Positions 43,352-53,822 are shown, numbered from the whole stretch's first letter. The stretch is 63,575 nucleotides of DNA, filler included, from Vannella sp. (GCA_023345925.1; 5 parts of 5 records of this genome joined end to end with filler, not necessarily neighbours in it); one strand, 5' to 3'. Program-made: numbers and translations. Notes: a model not told the origin generated them from the letters alone.

Positions 43352-46300
43352 TCAAAGAGTGGCTTTTTCGCCCAACTTTTGAAGTTTGCGGTTTTCCTTT
43401 TGGATTCTTACTCTGACCCAGATTTCCACGGCAATCCCACTTAGAATCACTAAGATGATGGCCCCAGCAACGAATCCCACAGAGATCCAAGAGAGAGTCT
43501 TTTCGACGGCCGGATTGCAAGGATCGCCTCCTTTCAAGTTACCAGTTAAAAGGAGTGCAAAGTTGGTGAGATGGTCTGTTTGGCCACACAGGAGGCTTTT
43601 GGAGTCTTTGTTTGTGAGACAGGGATCCTCACACTTCCACCGGGACTGGCGTTCGTCGTAGAATCCCAAGCAGATGTCCTTTCTCGCCAGTTCTGGGGGT
43701 CTTGGTAAGCAAATGGACAGTGGATCGTCCAACTTTGTCACAAGATTACCATTCCTATCGAGTAATGTAATGTCAAGAATCAGGCCTCCGAGTTGGCGGG
43801 AAAAGTCCGCCGGAATTCCGGACACTACAACGATATTGAGTGTAGACAGGGACCTCTGGCTGAGTCCGGACGGGATTGAAAGCGTTCCGATCAAAACACC
43901 AGAAGGAGGTATCATTTCTACATCAATACGATCCCGTGTCCGATTGCTCAAGTCAATGGAAAGCCTGAAGAACTCGCAGGTGGTGCAATTGGCTCTCAGT
44001 TGTTCCTGAAGCGTGTTCAGTGCCGCAGTAGAACTTGGCGCAAGAGTTGCGGAAGGGAACTTCAAAATAGTACTCTCAGCAGACCTTGAAGGACTCAGAA
44101 GGATTGAACGGAAAGGGCTTGTTCCACCGGCCCCAGGAGACACAGAACTGCTGACTGGATTATTGAGACTCGCCGTTCTGATGGGAGTGGGATTAATCGA
44201 AAGGAATGGACTTTGGGCCCCGCTGGAAGTTGGGGTGGAAGTATCAGTGAAGAAGACAGTGGCACTCTTAATAGAGCTTGCGAAAGAATTCTGACTAATG
44301 CTAGCAAGCAAAGTCTGTGTGGGGCTCTGAGAGGAAGGACTTTCCGATGTGGTACCTTCAGTAGTGAGGGTACTGGAAGCACTGCGAGTCGAAGAAAAGG
44401 CAGCGCTGGCACTGGAGCTAAGATTAGGTGAAGGGCTTATCAGATCGCTGGCACTGCCAGAATCGCTGGCACTTAATGTTGGAGAAGCGCTCAAACTTGC
44501 ACTTTGAGAAGGATTTGCCGATTTGATTTCGGACTGGGAAGGAGTGATGGAAGAGCTGTCACTCTCAGATGAAGTGGCGCTGTTGCTTGCAATGGGACTT
44601 AAGCTGGTATTCTGGGAAGGGCTTTCAGATGCAGTATCAGGCGCTGAGGAGGAATCAGAGCTACTGGTGCTAGCAGTCAGAGTTGAACTGCTGCTGGAGC
44701 TAGAGCTGGGAGTGATGAAAGGTCTTCTCGTGCCACTGGTACTGGGAGAATTGGTGGCGCTCGGACTCGAGGACAAGCTCATGCTGGCACTTTGAGAAGG
44801 GCTCTCTGAGGCAGTATAAGGCACTGAAGAAGAACCAGAGCTACTGGTGCTGGCAGTTGCAGTCAAACTGCTGCTGGGGCTGATGCTAGGAGTGATGGAA
44901 GGACTTGTCGTTTCACTGGTACTGCGAGAATTAGTGACGCTAGGACTCGAGGACAAGCTCATGCTGGTACTTTGAGAAGGGCTTTCCGAGGTAGAGTCAG
45001 ACGATGAAGAAGAACCAGAAGTACTGATGCTAGCACTTGAAGTAAAACTGCTGCTGGAGCTAGATGTGGGAGTGATGGAAGGACTTGTCGTTCCACTAGT
45101 ACTGGGAGAATCGGTGGCGCTGGGACTCGAGGACAAGCTCATGCTGGCACTTTGAGAAGGGCTTTCTGAGGCAGTGTCAGATGATGTAGAAGAACCAGAA
45201 GTACTGATGCTAGCAGTCGCAGTAAAACTACTGCTGGAGCTGAAGCTGGGAGTGATGGACGGACTTGTCGTTCCACTGGTACTCGGAGAATTGGTGATAC
45301 TTGGACTCGAGGACGGAGTAAAACTGTTACTTTGAGAAGGGCTTTCTGAGGCAGTGTCAGACGGTGTGAGAGAGGCAGAGGCACTGATGCTGACTGATGA
45401 GGTTGTACTGCTGCTGGGACTAGGAACGAAGCTTTCGGAGTTGCTGATGGAGACTGAAGAGCTGACGGTTGGGGTCATTGAAGACGTTTCGGTGGCGCTA
45501 AAGCTGCCAGAAGAGCTTGGACTTGACGTTGAAGTGGAACTCCAAGTGACGGAAGGACTTTCACTTTCACTTGAGGAAGAGCTTCCGCTACCAGAAGCAG
45601 AAGAACTGGGAGAGGGCGAAGACGTCGGTGTGACTGAGATGCCGTTCGTACAGTTGGAAGCAGTTGGCCCATTGCAAGTGATACAACTTGGATGGCATTC
45701 TTGGCAAGTCCGGCTTCTCTTCAATACGCGGGAATAAGTCCCATCGGGGCAAGTCAACCGGCATTCTCCCACAGAGGATGAAAAGTTCAAATCTTTTGGC
45801 AGGAGAAACCGAGGATAGGGGCAAGAGAGGCATTCAGTAACGCCTACTCGATCGCAAGATTGACAGTATGGGCTGCAATCGAAACATTCTGAGACATTTA
45901 AGAATGTCTTTGCCGGACATGGACTGATGCATTCTCTTTGATACCAGTATTCTCCGGCCCCACATGCACTGGTGCAGAATCCGCTTTGATTAAAGAATGG
46001 AGAAGGACCATTGGGATCGCATTCAGCTGCGAGAGACTTGTGAACAGCGAACCATCCGTCTGTTGTCGTGAAGTTATCAGGATCGATGGATACTAGAGCG
46101 TTCTTCGTCCAAAGAGGATAATCAGTAGATCCAGCAATCACAAAGGTACCGTTCTTGATGTAGCTTACGGCTCGGGCGCCAGCACCCCGTGTTACACGAG
46201 TCGTGAGTAGTCTCTGAGAGAAGTCAGATGGATAGACGACATAAAGAGATCCTCCAAGATACTCTCCTCCAAGATACTCCAAGTTGATAGGAGCTCCATA

Positions 46301-48451
46301 CGCGGAAAACAGAGCCAAAGTCACTTTTCCAAAAACATCAACGGCAATATTCCCGCTAGTAGGACTGATCGTATTAGTATTGCCATTAGGAAGACGTCCA
46401 CAAAGTTGTGTTCCAAGAATATAAGCTCCAGAATCTGGCTCATATCGGGCAAAGAAGGTCTTCGACTCTCCGCCAGAATTGAAGAAATTGGAGAAAACGT
46501 CTTTGATAACGATTGGCACCAATCGAGTGATATTGAATGGATCATAACGTAGAACGTGGTTACCTCCGCCTACATGGTACATAATGTAAAGCAGATTGTC
46601 GCCTCCAAATGTGCAGCGAACTCCGCGGGCGAAGCCCATGTTGCTTTCAGGAGTGTTTAACCATCGCGGATCACTGCTATTACTAGACCAGTCATACCCT
46701 TGGTACTTCAGAGTCCCGTTGAAATAGGTTCCTTTGTAAGACGCTAGATCTACATTCGCTGGTGAACTAAGAAGATTTGGTTTGGTGCTGAAAGTGCGGT
46801 GTCCCACCGTAACTACAGTTTCAGTAATCTCATCGATGCACACGTCCTTGTTATACTGACTAGCGCCAGAAAAATTGCCGATTTGAGTCCCGCTTTCGTC
46901 AAAAACGAAGACAGAAGCGGAGGTAATTCTGGGATCGTCATAACCATTTGGTGGGGGGGGCTGGGGTGCGTTAAGAATGGTGACGAATCCAGAAGGCGAC
47001 GCATCAACTCGTTGCACGTGATTGGTAAAGTTCTTTCTCCAAACGACTGAGAGTGTGGTGGTAGCTGCATTCAGTTTCAAAAGACCACGGGGACCACATG
47101 CTACGTATATGTTGTCTCCCCCATCAACAGAGATGTCAAGAGTTATCGAAGCAACTACTGAGACGGACAAGATGACGGTTCCTTCTTGATTAAGGCGGAG
47201 AATGAGGCCAGTGTCATTGACTGTTGCCCCATTCAGGTACACTGGTGAACCAAAGGCGGGCATGTTGACTGCCATCACAATCTCATTGGTCGATAGAACA
47301 GCCACACCGCGAATGTCGTCCGTGGTATTAGAAGAACCGAGATAAGTTGAGGTGATGAGAAGGTCTTTCTTCACCGTGGCTTCATAAGGAGAACTCTTTC
47401 CTATCACTCCTTCGTTATCAGTTCCTTCCACAACGATAGAATAAGATCCCACGGCAGGCGGGCTCCAAAAGGCGGTGTAGGGGGTGGTGGTAGATTGAGA
47501 GATCAGAGAATTATTCGCTTTGAAGCTGACGGAAACGACAGACCCATCTGCGTCCTTACAAGTGGCAGGAAGATTGACAAACGCTCCCACTGCATACACC
47601 GAAGGAGCTTCTCGAGGGAAGGAGATGGTTGGAATGGGTACAAGATTATTCTGTCCAATCAAGCGAACTTCATCAACGTAGATCTTCTGAGACCCACCAA
47701 CATCGGGACTTAGAAAAGTGATGTAATACACTTGGCTGATGGGGACGGTGAAGTCAGCCGCAATGACGAATTGGAAGTTGTCAGTGGGTTTCACAAGTAT
47801 TTCAGTCAAGTTGACGCCTGGCGTACTCGGGGAGTCTCTCAGCTCTGCGCGTAGCAACACAGGAGAACCACCAGCTCTTGTTTCGCGAAACTCTAAACGA
47901 TAGAGAGTGTTTGCAGTCAAGTAAATGGGAGGAGACGCTGCAAAGTTGATTCCAGGATCCAAGTTCAAGCCGTACAAGGTGGCATTCCCAGAATTGGAGG
48001 CGTTGGCGTACCCAGGAAGACTGGGAGGATTGGTATTCCACTGATTAAACGTCCAATCATCAACGTCTTCCATGTCCCAATGAACGTACTCGCTCAGGTT
48101 GCCGTTTGCGAAGGTGACTTCCAGTTGTCGTGTGGGTAAGGTTGTAGTAATACCATCGTTATCAGTAATGACCGCAGTGAGGTTGTAGAGTCCAGGTAGC
48201 ATCTTCGACCAGGTGGTGTTGTAAGGGGCAACCGTATCATTGAAGAACCTCTTCCCATCAATGTCGAATGTGACTCTCGTAACCGTTCCATCAGGGTCAG
48301 AAGCATTAACCACCATGGTGATGGATTGCGCTCCATCTTCTCTCAAAGTTGTGAACGCAGCAAGAGGAGAAAGCCAGTTCCCCACGGGAGGTATAAACAA
48401 ACACTCAACGGTGCAGGACATCAAGAGCAGGATCAACACCCGAGAAAGCAT
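43352..48451 (-). CDS. Intronless single-pass surface receptor/adhesin: signal peptide, two bacterial Ig-like domains, beta-sandwich, beta-propeller, furin-like Cys repeats, S/T stalk, GPS-like motif, TM
   Basis: 1699-aa ORF. ASDPDGTVTRVTFDIDG and KDADGSVVSVSFKAN (Big-type); CxxC repeats (CFDCSPYCQSC, CQECHPSCITC); CLGFYDERQSRWKCEDPCL...CGQTDHLTNFALLL; TM WISVGFVAGAIILVILSGIAV; short basic tail. Confidence 0.88.
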   Translation of the reverse strand: MLSRVLILLLMSCTVECLFIPPVGNWLSPLAAFTTLREDGAQSITMVVNASDPDGTVTRVTFDIDGKRFFNDTVAPYNTTWSKMLPGLYNLTAVITDNDGITTTLPTRQLEVTFANGNLSEYVHWDMEDVDDWTFNQWNTNPPSLPGYANASNSGNATLYGLNLDPGINFAASPPIYLTANTLYRLEFRETRAGGSPVLLRAELRDSPSTPGVNLTEILVKPTDNFQFVIAADFTVPISQVYYITFLSPDVGGSQKIYVDEVRLIGQNNLVPIPTISFPREAPSVYAVGAFVNLPATCKDADGSVVSVSFKANNSLISQSTTTPYTAFWSPPAVGSYSIVVEGTDNEGVIGKSSPYEATVKKDLLITSTYLGSSNTTDDIRGVAVLSTNEIVMAVNMPAFGSPVYLNGATVNDTGLILRLNQEGTVILSVSVVASITLDISVDGGDNIYVACGPRGLLKLNAATTTLSVVWRKNFTNHVQRVDASPSGFVTILNAPQPPPPNGYDDPRITSASVFVFDESGTQIGNFSGASQYNKDVCIDEITETVVTVGHRTFSTKPNLLSSPANVDLASYKGTYFNGTLKYQGYDWSSNSSDPRWLNTPESNMGFARGVRCTFGGDNLLYIMYHVGGGNHVLRYDPFNITRLVPIVIKDVFSNFFNSGGESKTFFARYEPDSGAYILGTQLCGRLPNGNTNTISPTSGNIAVDVFGKVTLALFSAYGAPINLEYLGGEYLGGSLYVVYPSDFSQRLLTTRVTRGAGARAVSYIKNGTFVIAGSTDYPLWTKNALVSIDPDNFTTTDGWFAVHKSLAAECDPNGPSPFFNQSGFCTSACGAGEYWYQRECISPCPAKTFLNVSECFDCSPYCQSCDRVGVTECLSCPYPRFLLPKDLNFSSSVGECRLTCPDGTYSRVLKRSRTCQECHPSCITCNGPTASNCTNGISVTPTSSPSPSSSASGSGSSSSSESESPSVTWSSTSTSSPSSSGSFSATETSSMTPTVSSSVSISNSESFVPSPSSSTTSSVSISASASLTPSDTASESPSQSNSFTPSSSPSITNSPSTSGTTSPSITPSFSSSSSFTATASISTSGSSTSSDTASESPSQSASMSLSSSPSATDSPSTSGTTSPSITPTSSSSSSFTSSASISTSGSSSSSDSTSESPSQSTSMSLSSSPSVTNSRSTSETTSPSITPSISPSSSLTATASTSSSGSSSVPYTASESPSQSASMSLSSSPSATNSPSTSGTRRPFITPSSSSSSSSTLTASTSSSDSSSAPDTASESPSQNTSLSPIASNSATSSESDSSSITPSQSEIKSANPSQSASLSASPTLSASDSGSASDLISPSPNLSSSASAAFSSTRSASSTLTTEGTTSESPSSQSPTQTLLASISQNSFASSIKSATVFFTDTSTPTSSGAQSPFLSINPTPIRTASLNNPVSSSVSPGAGGTSPFRSILLSPSRSAESTILKFPSATLAPSSTAALNTLQEQLRANCTTCEFFRLSIDLSNRTRDRIDVEMIPPSGVLIGTLSIPSGLSQRSLSTLNIVVVSGIPADFSRQLGGLILDITLLDRNGNLVTKLDDPLSICLPRPPELARKDICLGFYDERQSRWKCEDPCLTNKDSKSLLCGQTDHLTNFALLLTGNLKGGDPCNPAVEKTLSWISVGFVAGAIILVILSGIAVEIWVRVRIQKENRKLQKLGEKATL
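44611..45360. repeat. 180-bp (60-aa) tandem repeat in the mucin-like stalk, about 4 copies
   Basis: The anchor g(a/g)gaagggct(t/c)tc..ag recurs in blocks starting 44611, 44791, 44971, 45151 and 45331, an exact 180-bp period. Confidence 0.9.
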
Positions 48452-48890
48452 CGTGTAGCAAAGGGAGAACCAAAAATAACCGCCTTTCTATTGATGGAAA
48501 ACTTCGAATGATCGAACAACACAATCCCTTTTTAAGAAAATCTATTTTAAGAGCACCAAATATGGGAGTTACTCTCGACTCTTTCTGGATTTCCCCCTGT
48601 CAACCTCTGAATAAAATGGCCTTGCATTATTTACACGCAATAGTCTATGAAGACTTATTCGAAAAAAAGTGGGAAACAGTTTTTGGCCAAAAGAGGAACT
48701 TTCTCCCAAGCGGCCGAGCGTCTGGTCACGCCCTTGCAAGTTGCAGAGCTAGTTGAGGGAAGAAAAGAATTGGAATGTCGTGGAAACCTCTCGACTTCTT
48801 GAATGCACTTTTGAACCAAGTGCGAAACGGGGACCAGAAAAGCGTGGAAATCATGTCCGGAGGAAGTCAATTTTGTTCGGGTGCGCTTGA

Positions 48891-51800
48891 ATGGTGAGAG
48901 AAGTGGTTTGCCTGCTGTTGATAATGCTGTGTGAGCAGTCTTTGAGCGCTCTCACTGCGAATTGGGTGTCCCCACCAGCCTTAGTGAGTTTGAGAGAGGA
49001 TGGAGGAGCCCAGAGCGTTCTCATGGTGATTAATGCGTCGGATCCTGCCTCGATGCTACTTACTGTCGAGTTCCGCATCAATGCAACAAGCTTCTACACT
49101 GACACGTCATCTCCATACGAAGCCACGTGGTCTAAAATGCTTCCTGGCGTGTACACCATCTCTGCCCTCATTTCGAACGATCAAGGCTCCAACTTGACGC
49201 TCGGGGATCGAATCGTAATGGTTACATTCTCTGATGGTACCTTAACTGAGTACCTTCACTACGATATGAAGAACCTCGCGGACTGGACACTCAACAAGTG
49301 GACAAGCTCTTCCCTCGGCTTTCAGAACGCATCCGATGGAGGAACAGCTTCTTTGTATTGTTTCGGAGTGAATGGATACGCAGCTTCTCCGCCCATTGCC
49401 CTGTTTCCAAGCGTCCTGTATCGTCTGGAGTTCCGTATGAACGCAAACCGGACTGTTGTTGGAGGAATGACAATCAAAGTAGAGTTGCGACAGACCCTTA
49501 CCTCCTCGGGGACCACTTTGGGTACGTTCTCTGTCTCAGGAGAGGCGTTTGAATTCAACGTAACTTCATTCAACGTCAACGCTGCAAGCATCTTCTTCCT
49601 GACTTTCATCTCTTCTCATTCGAATGTCTTTTTGGATGAAGTGCGTCTCATTGGACCCGCCAATCTGGCCCCCATAACGAAAATCGCGTTCTCGCCAGAT
49701 TCCCCAAGAACCTACGCAAAGGGAGCTTTGGTGGATATTCCTGCAACATGCACAGATTCTGATGGTTTTGTGAACTCTGTCTCATTCACCATCAATGGAC
49801 TGCTCCTTGCAACTACTAATGTAGCTCCTTATACCGTACGCTGGATTCCAACCACGTTAGGAGTGTTCAATATTGTTGCTGAAGGAAAGGATAACGAAGG
49901 AATTTCAACCGTTTCTGCTCCTTACATAATCAATGTCGTGGAGGATTACGTAATCAGTTCCAGTTATCTTGGTTCTTTCAACAGTTCTGATGCTATCAGA
50001 GGAGTTGCCATCCTATCAACTGGCGAGATTGTCATGGCCGCGAACATGCCCGCATTTGGAGGCTCAGAATACCTTTTTGGTACTTCAAGCTCTGACAAGG
50101 GCCTCGTCATACGCTTGAATTCGAATGGAACCATGATTTCGTCTGTCTCTGTGGTAGCAGCGACTGTTGTTGATATTTCAGTCGATGAAAGCAACTCTAT
50201 TTACGTCGCTCTTGGTCGGAATGGTCTGTACAAACTCAGGGTCTCTCTAACAGGAAAGCTAGAGCTCATTTGGAAGAGAGAATTCTCGAGTCAAGTTCAT
50301 CGTGTGGACGTGACGCCTTCTGGTTATGTTGCGATTCTTACGACAAACTCTTCACAATATGACGAACCAGAATCCACTTCCTCCACAATCTACGTTCTTG
50401 ATTCTACTGGCAATCAAATTGGTGAATTTATCCGGTCGGACAGCGTTACCAAAGATGTTTGCATTGACGAGATCTCCTTGACGGTTGTGACTCTGGGATA
50501 CTCAATGAGGAAGACCTATCCAAACTACTCTTCGACTGATCTTTCTGATATCGAGATTCCTTTCTACATGGGAACATCATTCGATGGAACAGTGAAGTAT
50601 TTGGGCTATGATTGGTCCTCAGATAGAAACGACCCTCGATGGCTGAACCAATTTGAGAATAACATGGGTGCAACAAGAGGAGCCCGCTGCACCTTTGGTG
50701 AGGACGGATTGCTCTACATGTTGTTCTCTGTGGCAGGAGGAAACACTCCTTTGCGCTACGATCCTTTCAATATCTCAAAATCAACAAGAACCGTTGGAGG
50801 GGACAAATACTCCGCCTTTTACAGCGTTGGAAGAGAAATCAAACTCATGTTCACAAGATCTCATCCTGCCAACGGCTCGTACATTCTCGGCCAGCAGCTT
50901 TGCGGACGACTCCCAAATAACAGAGGCTCCTCAATCTCTCCGCTCGTTGGCAACCTGGCCGTCGACGTTTTCGGCAAAGTACATTTGGCCGTCACAGCGG
51001 CCACTGGCACCCCCATCAACAAGGAATATCTAGGTGGCGGGTTCCTGGGAGGTTCTCTGTTCGTGGTGTATTCATCTGACTTCTCTCAACGTCTCCTGAC
51101 AACTCGCCTAACTGAGGGAGGGGACTCTCGAGCAATTGCAGTGGCCCGAAATGGATCTTTCGTTGTTGCTGGATCAACCGACAAGGTCCTTTGGACCAAG
51201 AATGCTGCTTTCGCTGGGGATCCTGATAACCTCTCTCATGATGGCTGGTTCGCTGTTCACGAGCGCCTCTCAGCGGGTTGTGACCCAAACGCGGCTCCCT
51301 TCTTGAACCGTTCTGGCGTCTGTGTGAAGTCTTGTGCTGTTGGAGAAGTTACCTTGAATAATGAGTGTCTGAGATTCTGTCCTCCAGGAACTTGCCAGAT
51401 TGGATTGATTTGTTACTTTTGCTCCAAATCACCTTCAGTCACTTTGAGTGTCTCTCCCACTCCGTCTCTCACTTCCTCGGTATCTGCTTCAGATTCTTTC
51501 TCCTCCAGCTTCTCTTCTAGTGAGAGTTGGAGTGGTTCTTCCAGTGTCAGCCCCACCTTCTCTCTCACCCACTCAGTCTCTGGCTCAAAATCGTGTTCCA
51601 CAAGTCCTTCTCCTAGTGACAGTCCTACCACCTCTTCCAGTGTCAGTTCCACTCCTTCGGTTACCTCCTCAGTATCTGCCGCAAATTCATCCTCCTCCAG
51701 CTTCTCTTCGAGTGACAGTTTGAGTGGCTCATTAAGTCAGTCTCCAAGCGCCCTCCCTTCTACTATGCCTTCTGACAGTGAAAGCTCGTCCGGTTCTGTT

Positions 51801-53084
51801 AGGTATTCAGAAACAGCCCGTCTCTCTTCTTCTGGCCTCACAGTTTCGGAAATCTCTTCTGCCAGCTCGTCCTCTTCTCAATCGCTCAGCCATTCACTTT
51901 CCAAGACAGGACCTTCATCGATTGGCCCTGTCAGAGACTCTGAATCAGCCACCAGTTCAGTAAGCCTCTCCGAAACTTCAAGTTTTCGCTTTTCGGGTAA
52001 AGAATCTGGGATCAGCGAGTCACTGGCAGAATCAGCATTAATGAGCCTTTCTCCTGGCCCCTCAGAAAGACCAAACGAGGTTCAATCTTCATCGGAGTCT
52101 ATTTCGGCGAGAAGCATCTTCACGAATAAGTCTCCTTCAGTGTCCCTCGAAGGAAGATCCGTTTCCGAAACAGAGAGCCAGTCGAGTTCAATGGAGATTG
52201 CAAGTTCTACCATAACTCTGTCGGTTTCAGAGCCGCCATCTCAGTCCATCACTCCCTCTTTCAGCAACATTTCCGCCATCAAGTCACTCTCCAGTGCTCC
52301 TCTTCCCGAAAGCAATCAAATTGAAAGTCCACTGGAATCAGCAAGATCATCAGAGTCACCTTCTCCACTAGTCCTCCAGATCTCAAGTTTGAGCACAACA
52401 CCAGAGACAGCTTCACCCATTCCTCTTAGTTCTAGTCCAAGTGTATCCACTTTAGTCATCAAGACTACTGATTCAATACCACAGAGTGACCAGATACTGT
52501 CAACTTCGTCTGCAATCATCAGAGAGATCGAAATATCTCTTCCTAGCGGCGAGAACGTTTTGGTTCTTGTGAATAACTTAAGCCCCGAATCGAGTCTCCA
52601 AGTGCAACCAGGAGACCCACTTGCAGAGTCCTTAGGAGGAAATATTCTGGTGTCATCCGTTGTCAGCATTGTGCTGACAAGTGACAGTGGCCAGTCCATC
52701 CAACCAGTGGATCCAATCACTATTTGCTTCCAGAGCGGGAAAAATCAGACCAATACCAACAAGGGACTATGCTTGGGATCCTTCAATGAAGCTAAGGCTA
52801 AGTGGGTGTGTGACGACTACTGTTTGAAAGTAAGAAACGATACTTTGTGTGGAACTGTGGACCATTTGACCAACTTTGCCATCTTACTGGGGGGCAAAGG
52901 CAGTAACAATGGAAATCCTTGTGAAAGTGTGTCACAAAGCTATGTCCTATCCTATCTTTCATTAGCTTTCGTAGCGGCAGCCATACTTTTCGTGATTATT
53001 GGAATCTTATTCGCCGAAGCTCGGGTCAGGAGTATGCACCGAAAGGACGGAATTGTCAGATTCACCGTTGAGATTACCGATTAA
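48891..53084 (+). CDS. Divergently transcribed paralog of the 43352-48451 receptor (1397 aa, intronless)
   Basis: Collinear similarity (LREDG.AQS..MV.NASDP, TWSKMLPG.Y, GYDWSS...DPRWLN..E.NMG, QLCGRLPN, SDFSQRLLTTR); CLGSFNEAKAKWVCDDYCL...CGTVDHLTNFAILL; TM YLSLAFVAAAILFVIIGILFA. Confidence 0.88.
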   Translation: MVREVVCLLLIMLCEQSLSALTANWVSPPALVSLREDGGAQSVLMVINASDPASMLLTVEFRINATSFYTDTSSPYEATWSKMLPGVYTISALISNDQGSNLTLGDRIVMVTFSDGTLTEYLHYDMKNLADWTLNKWTSSSLGFQNASDGGTASLYCFGVNGYAASPPIALFPSVLYRLEFRMNANRTVVGGMTIKVELRQTLTSSGTTLGTFSVSGEAFEFNVTSFNVNAASIFFLTFISSHSNVFLDEVRLIGPANLAPITKIAFSPDSPRTYAKGALVDIPATCTDSDGFVNSVSFTINGLLLATTNVAPYTVRWIPTTLGVFNIVAEGKDNEGISTVSAPYIINVVEDYVISSSYLGSFNSSDAIRGVAILSTGEIVMAANMPAFGGSEYLFGTSSSDKGLVIRLNSNGTMISSVSVVAATVVDISVDESNSIYVALGRNGLYKLRVSLTGKLELIWKREFSSQVHRVDVTPSGYVAILTTNSSQYDEPESTSSTIYVLDSTGNQIGEFIRSDSVTKDVCIDEISLTVVTLGYSMRKTYPNYSSTDLSDIEIPFYMGTSFDGTVKYLGYDWSSDRNDPRWLNQFENNMGATRGARCTFGEDGLLYMLFSVAGGNTPLRYDPFNISKSTRTVGGDKYSAFYSVGREIKLMFTRSHPANGSYILGQQLCGRLPNNRGSSISPLVGNLAVDVFGKVHLAVTAATGTPINKEYLGGGFLGGSLFVVYSSDFSQRLLTTRLTEGGDSRAIAVARNGSFVVAGSTDKVLWTKNAAFAGDPDNLSHDGWFAVHERLSAGCDPNAAPFLNRSGVCVKSCAVGEVTLNNECLRFCPPGTCQIGLICYFCSKSPSVTLSVSPTPSLTSSVSASDSFSSSFSSSESWSGSSSVSPTFSLTHSVSGSKSCSTSPSPSDSPTTSSSVSSTPSVTSSVSAANSSSSSFSSSDSLSGSLSQSPSALPSTMPSDSESSSGSVRYSETARLSSSGLTVSEISSASSSSSQSLSHSLSKTGPSSIGPVRDSESATSSVSLSETSSFRFSGKESGISESLAESALMSLSPGPSERPNEVQSSSESISARSIFTNKSPSVSLEGRSVSETESQSSSMEIASSTITLSVSEPPSQSITPSFSNISAIKSLSSAPLPESNQIESPLESARSSESPSPLVLQISSLSTTPETASPIPLSSSPSVSTLVIKTTDSIPQSDQILSTSSAIIREIEISLPSGENVLVLVNNLSPESSLQVQPGDPLAESLGGNILVSSVVSIVLTSDSGQSIQPVDPITICFQSGKNQTNTNKGLCLGSFNEAKAKWVCDDYCLKVRNDTLCGTVDHLTNFAILLGGKGSNNGNPCESVSQSYVLSYLSLAFVAAAILFVIIGILFAEARVRSMHRKDGIVRFTVEITD

Positions 53085-53275
53085 AGCGAAGCTCTCAAAT
53101 GCTTTAAGTTCCTGCTGGAGCAGCTTGAGAAGGGAGACCTCTCTTATGGTCGTCAACGCATTAACAAATAAAGGTCCAATAGCCACTAGCGAACCATTAC
53201 CACATCTATGAAAGTAGGAAACCCTTGCTCCAGTGAAAGCTATTGTAGTACTTGCTTGGAAGGCTCCTTTGTTCA

Positions 53276-53375
53276 NNNNNNNNNNNNNNNNNNNNNNNNN
53301 NNNNNNNNNNNNNNNNNNNTTAATTAATTAANNNNNNNNNNNNNNNNNNNNNNNNNNNNNNNNNNNNNNNNNNNN
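53276..53375. other. Artificial gap/contig linker
   Basis: N44-TTAATTAATTAA-N44. Confidence 0.97.
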
Positions 53376-53822
53376 GAAGCCAAGACGGTTCACTTTCCCA
53401 ATCCCTTGGCCAGACATGAGACTGGGGACGATAAGATCACTCTTCGGTGGAATGAGAATCCAAGAGATTTGGATCTTCACGTCATCTCTTCTAGTGGCGA
53501 TCATGTTTACTACAGTCACAAGAAATCTGGTTCATTTGAGCTGGACATTGATGTGACTTCTGGGCATGGTCCAGAGACTCTAACTATCAAAGAAGGTGCT
53601 CCTAACTACTTGATTTTCGTAAACCTCTACAGTGGCAAGGGCCAACTGAACGAATCTGGGGCCACTTTGAGAGCGCACCTTCCTGGGAAGGGCTCCTTCG
53701 AGCTTTCAATCCCTCGGGCTCCCGTCCCCGGCAATCCCAAGTACTGGAAAGCCTTCAGCGTGGTAAACGGGCAAATCATCAAGATGAACGAACTGACATT
53801 GGAGGAGCCCACACAAATCTGA
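53376..53822 (+). CDS. C-terminal YfaP/DUF2135-like domain protein (5' truncated at linker)
   Basis: ITLRWNENPRDLDLHVISSSGDHVYYSHK...LDIDVTSGHGPETLTI...YLIFVNLYSG. Confidence 0.75.
   Translation, partial: EAKTVHFPNPLARHETGDDKITLRWNENPRDLDLHVISSSGDHVYYSHKKSGSFELDIDVTSGHGPETLTIKEGAPNYLIFVNLYSGKGQLNESGATLRAHLPGKGSFELSIPRAPVPGNPKYWKAFSVVNGQIIKMNELTLEEPTQI

Noticed and set aside
44611..45360. Regularly spaced repeats as a possible CRISPR array
   Set aside because: Whole 180-bp units are similar and in frame within a CDS; there are no unique spacers and no cas genes.
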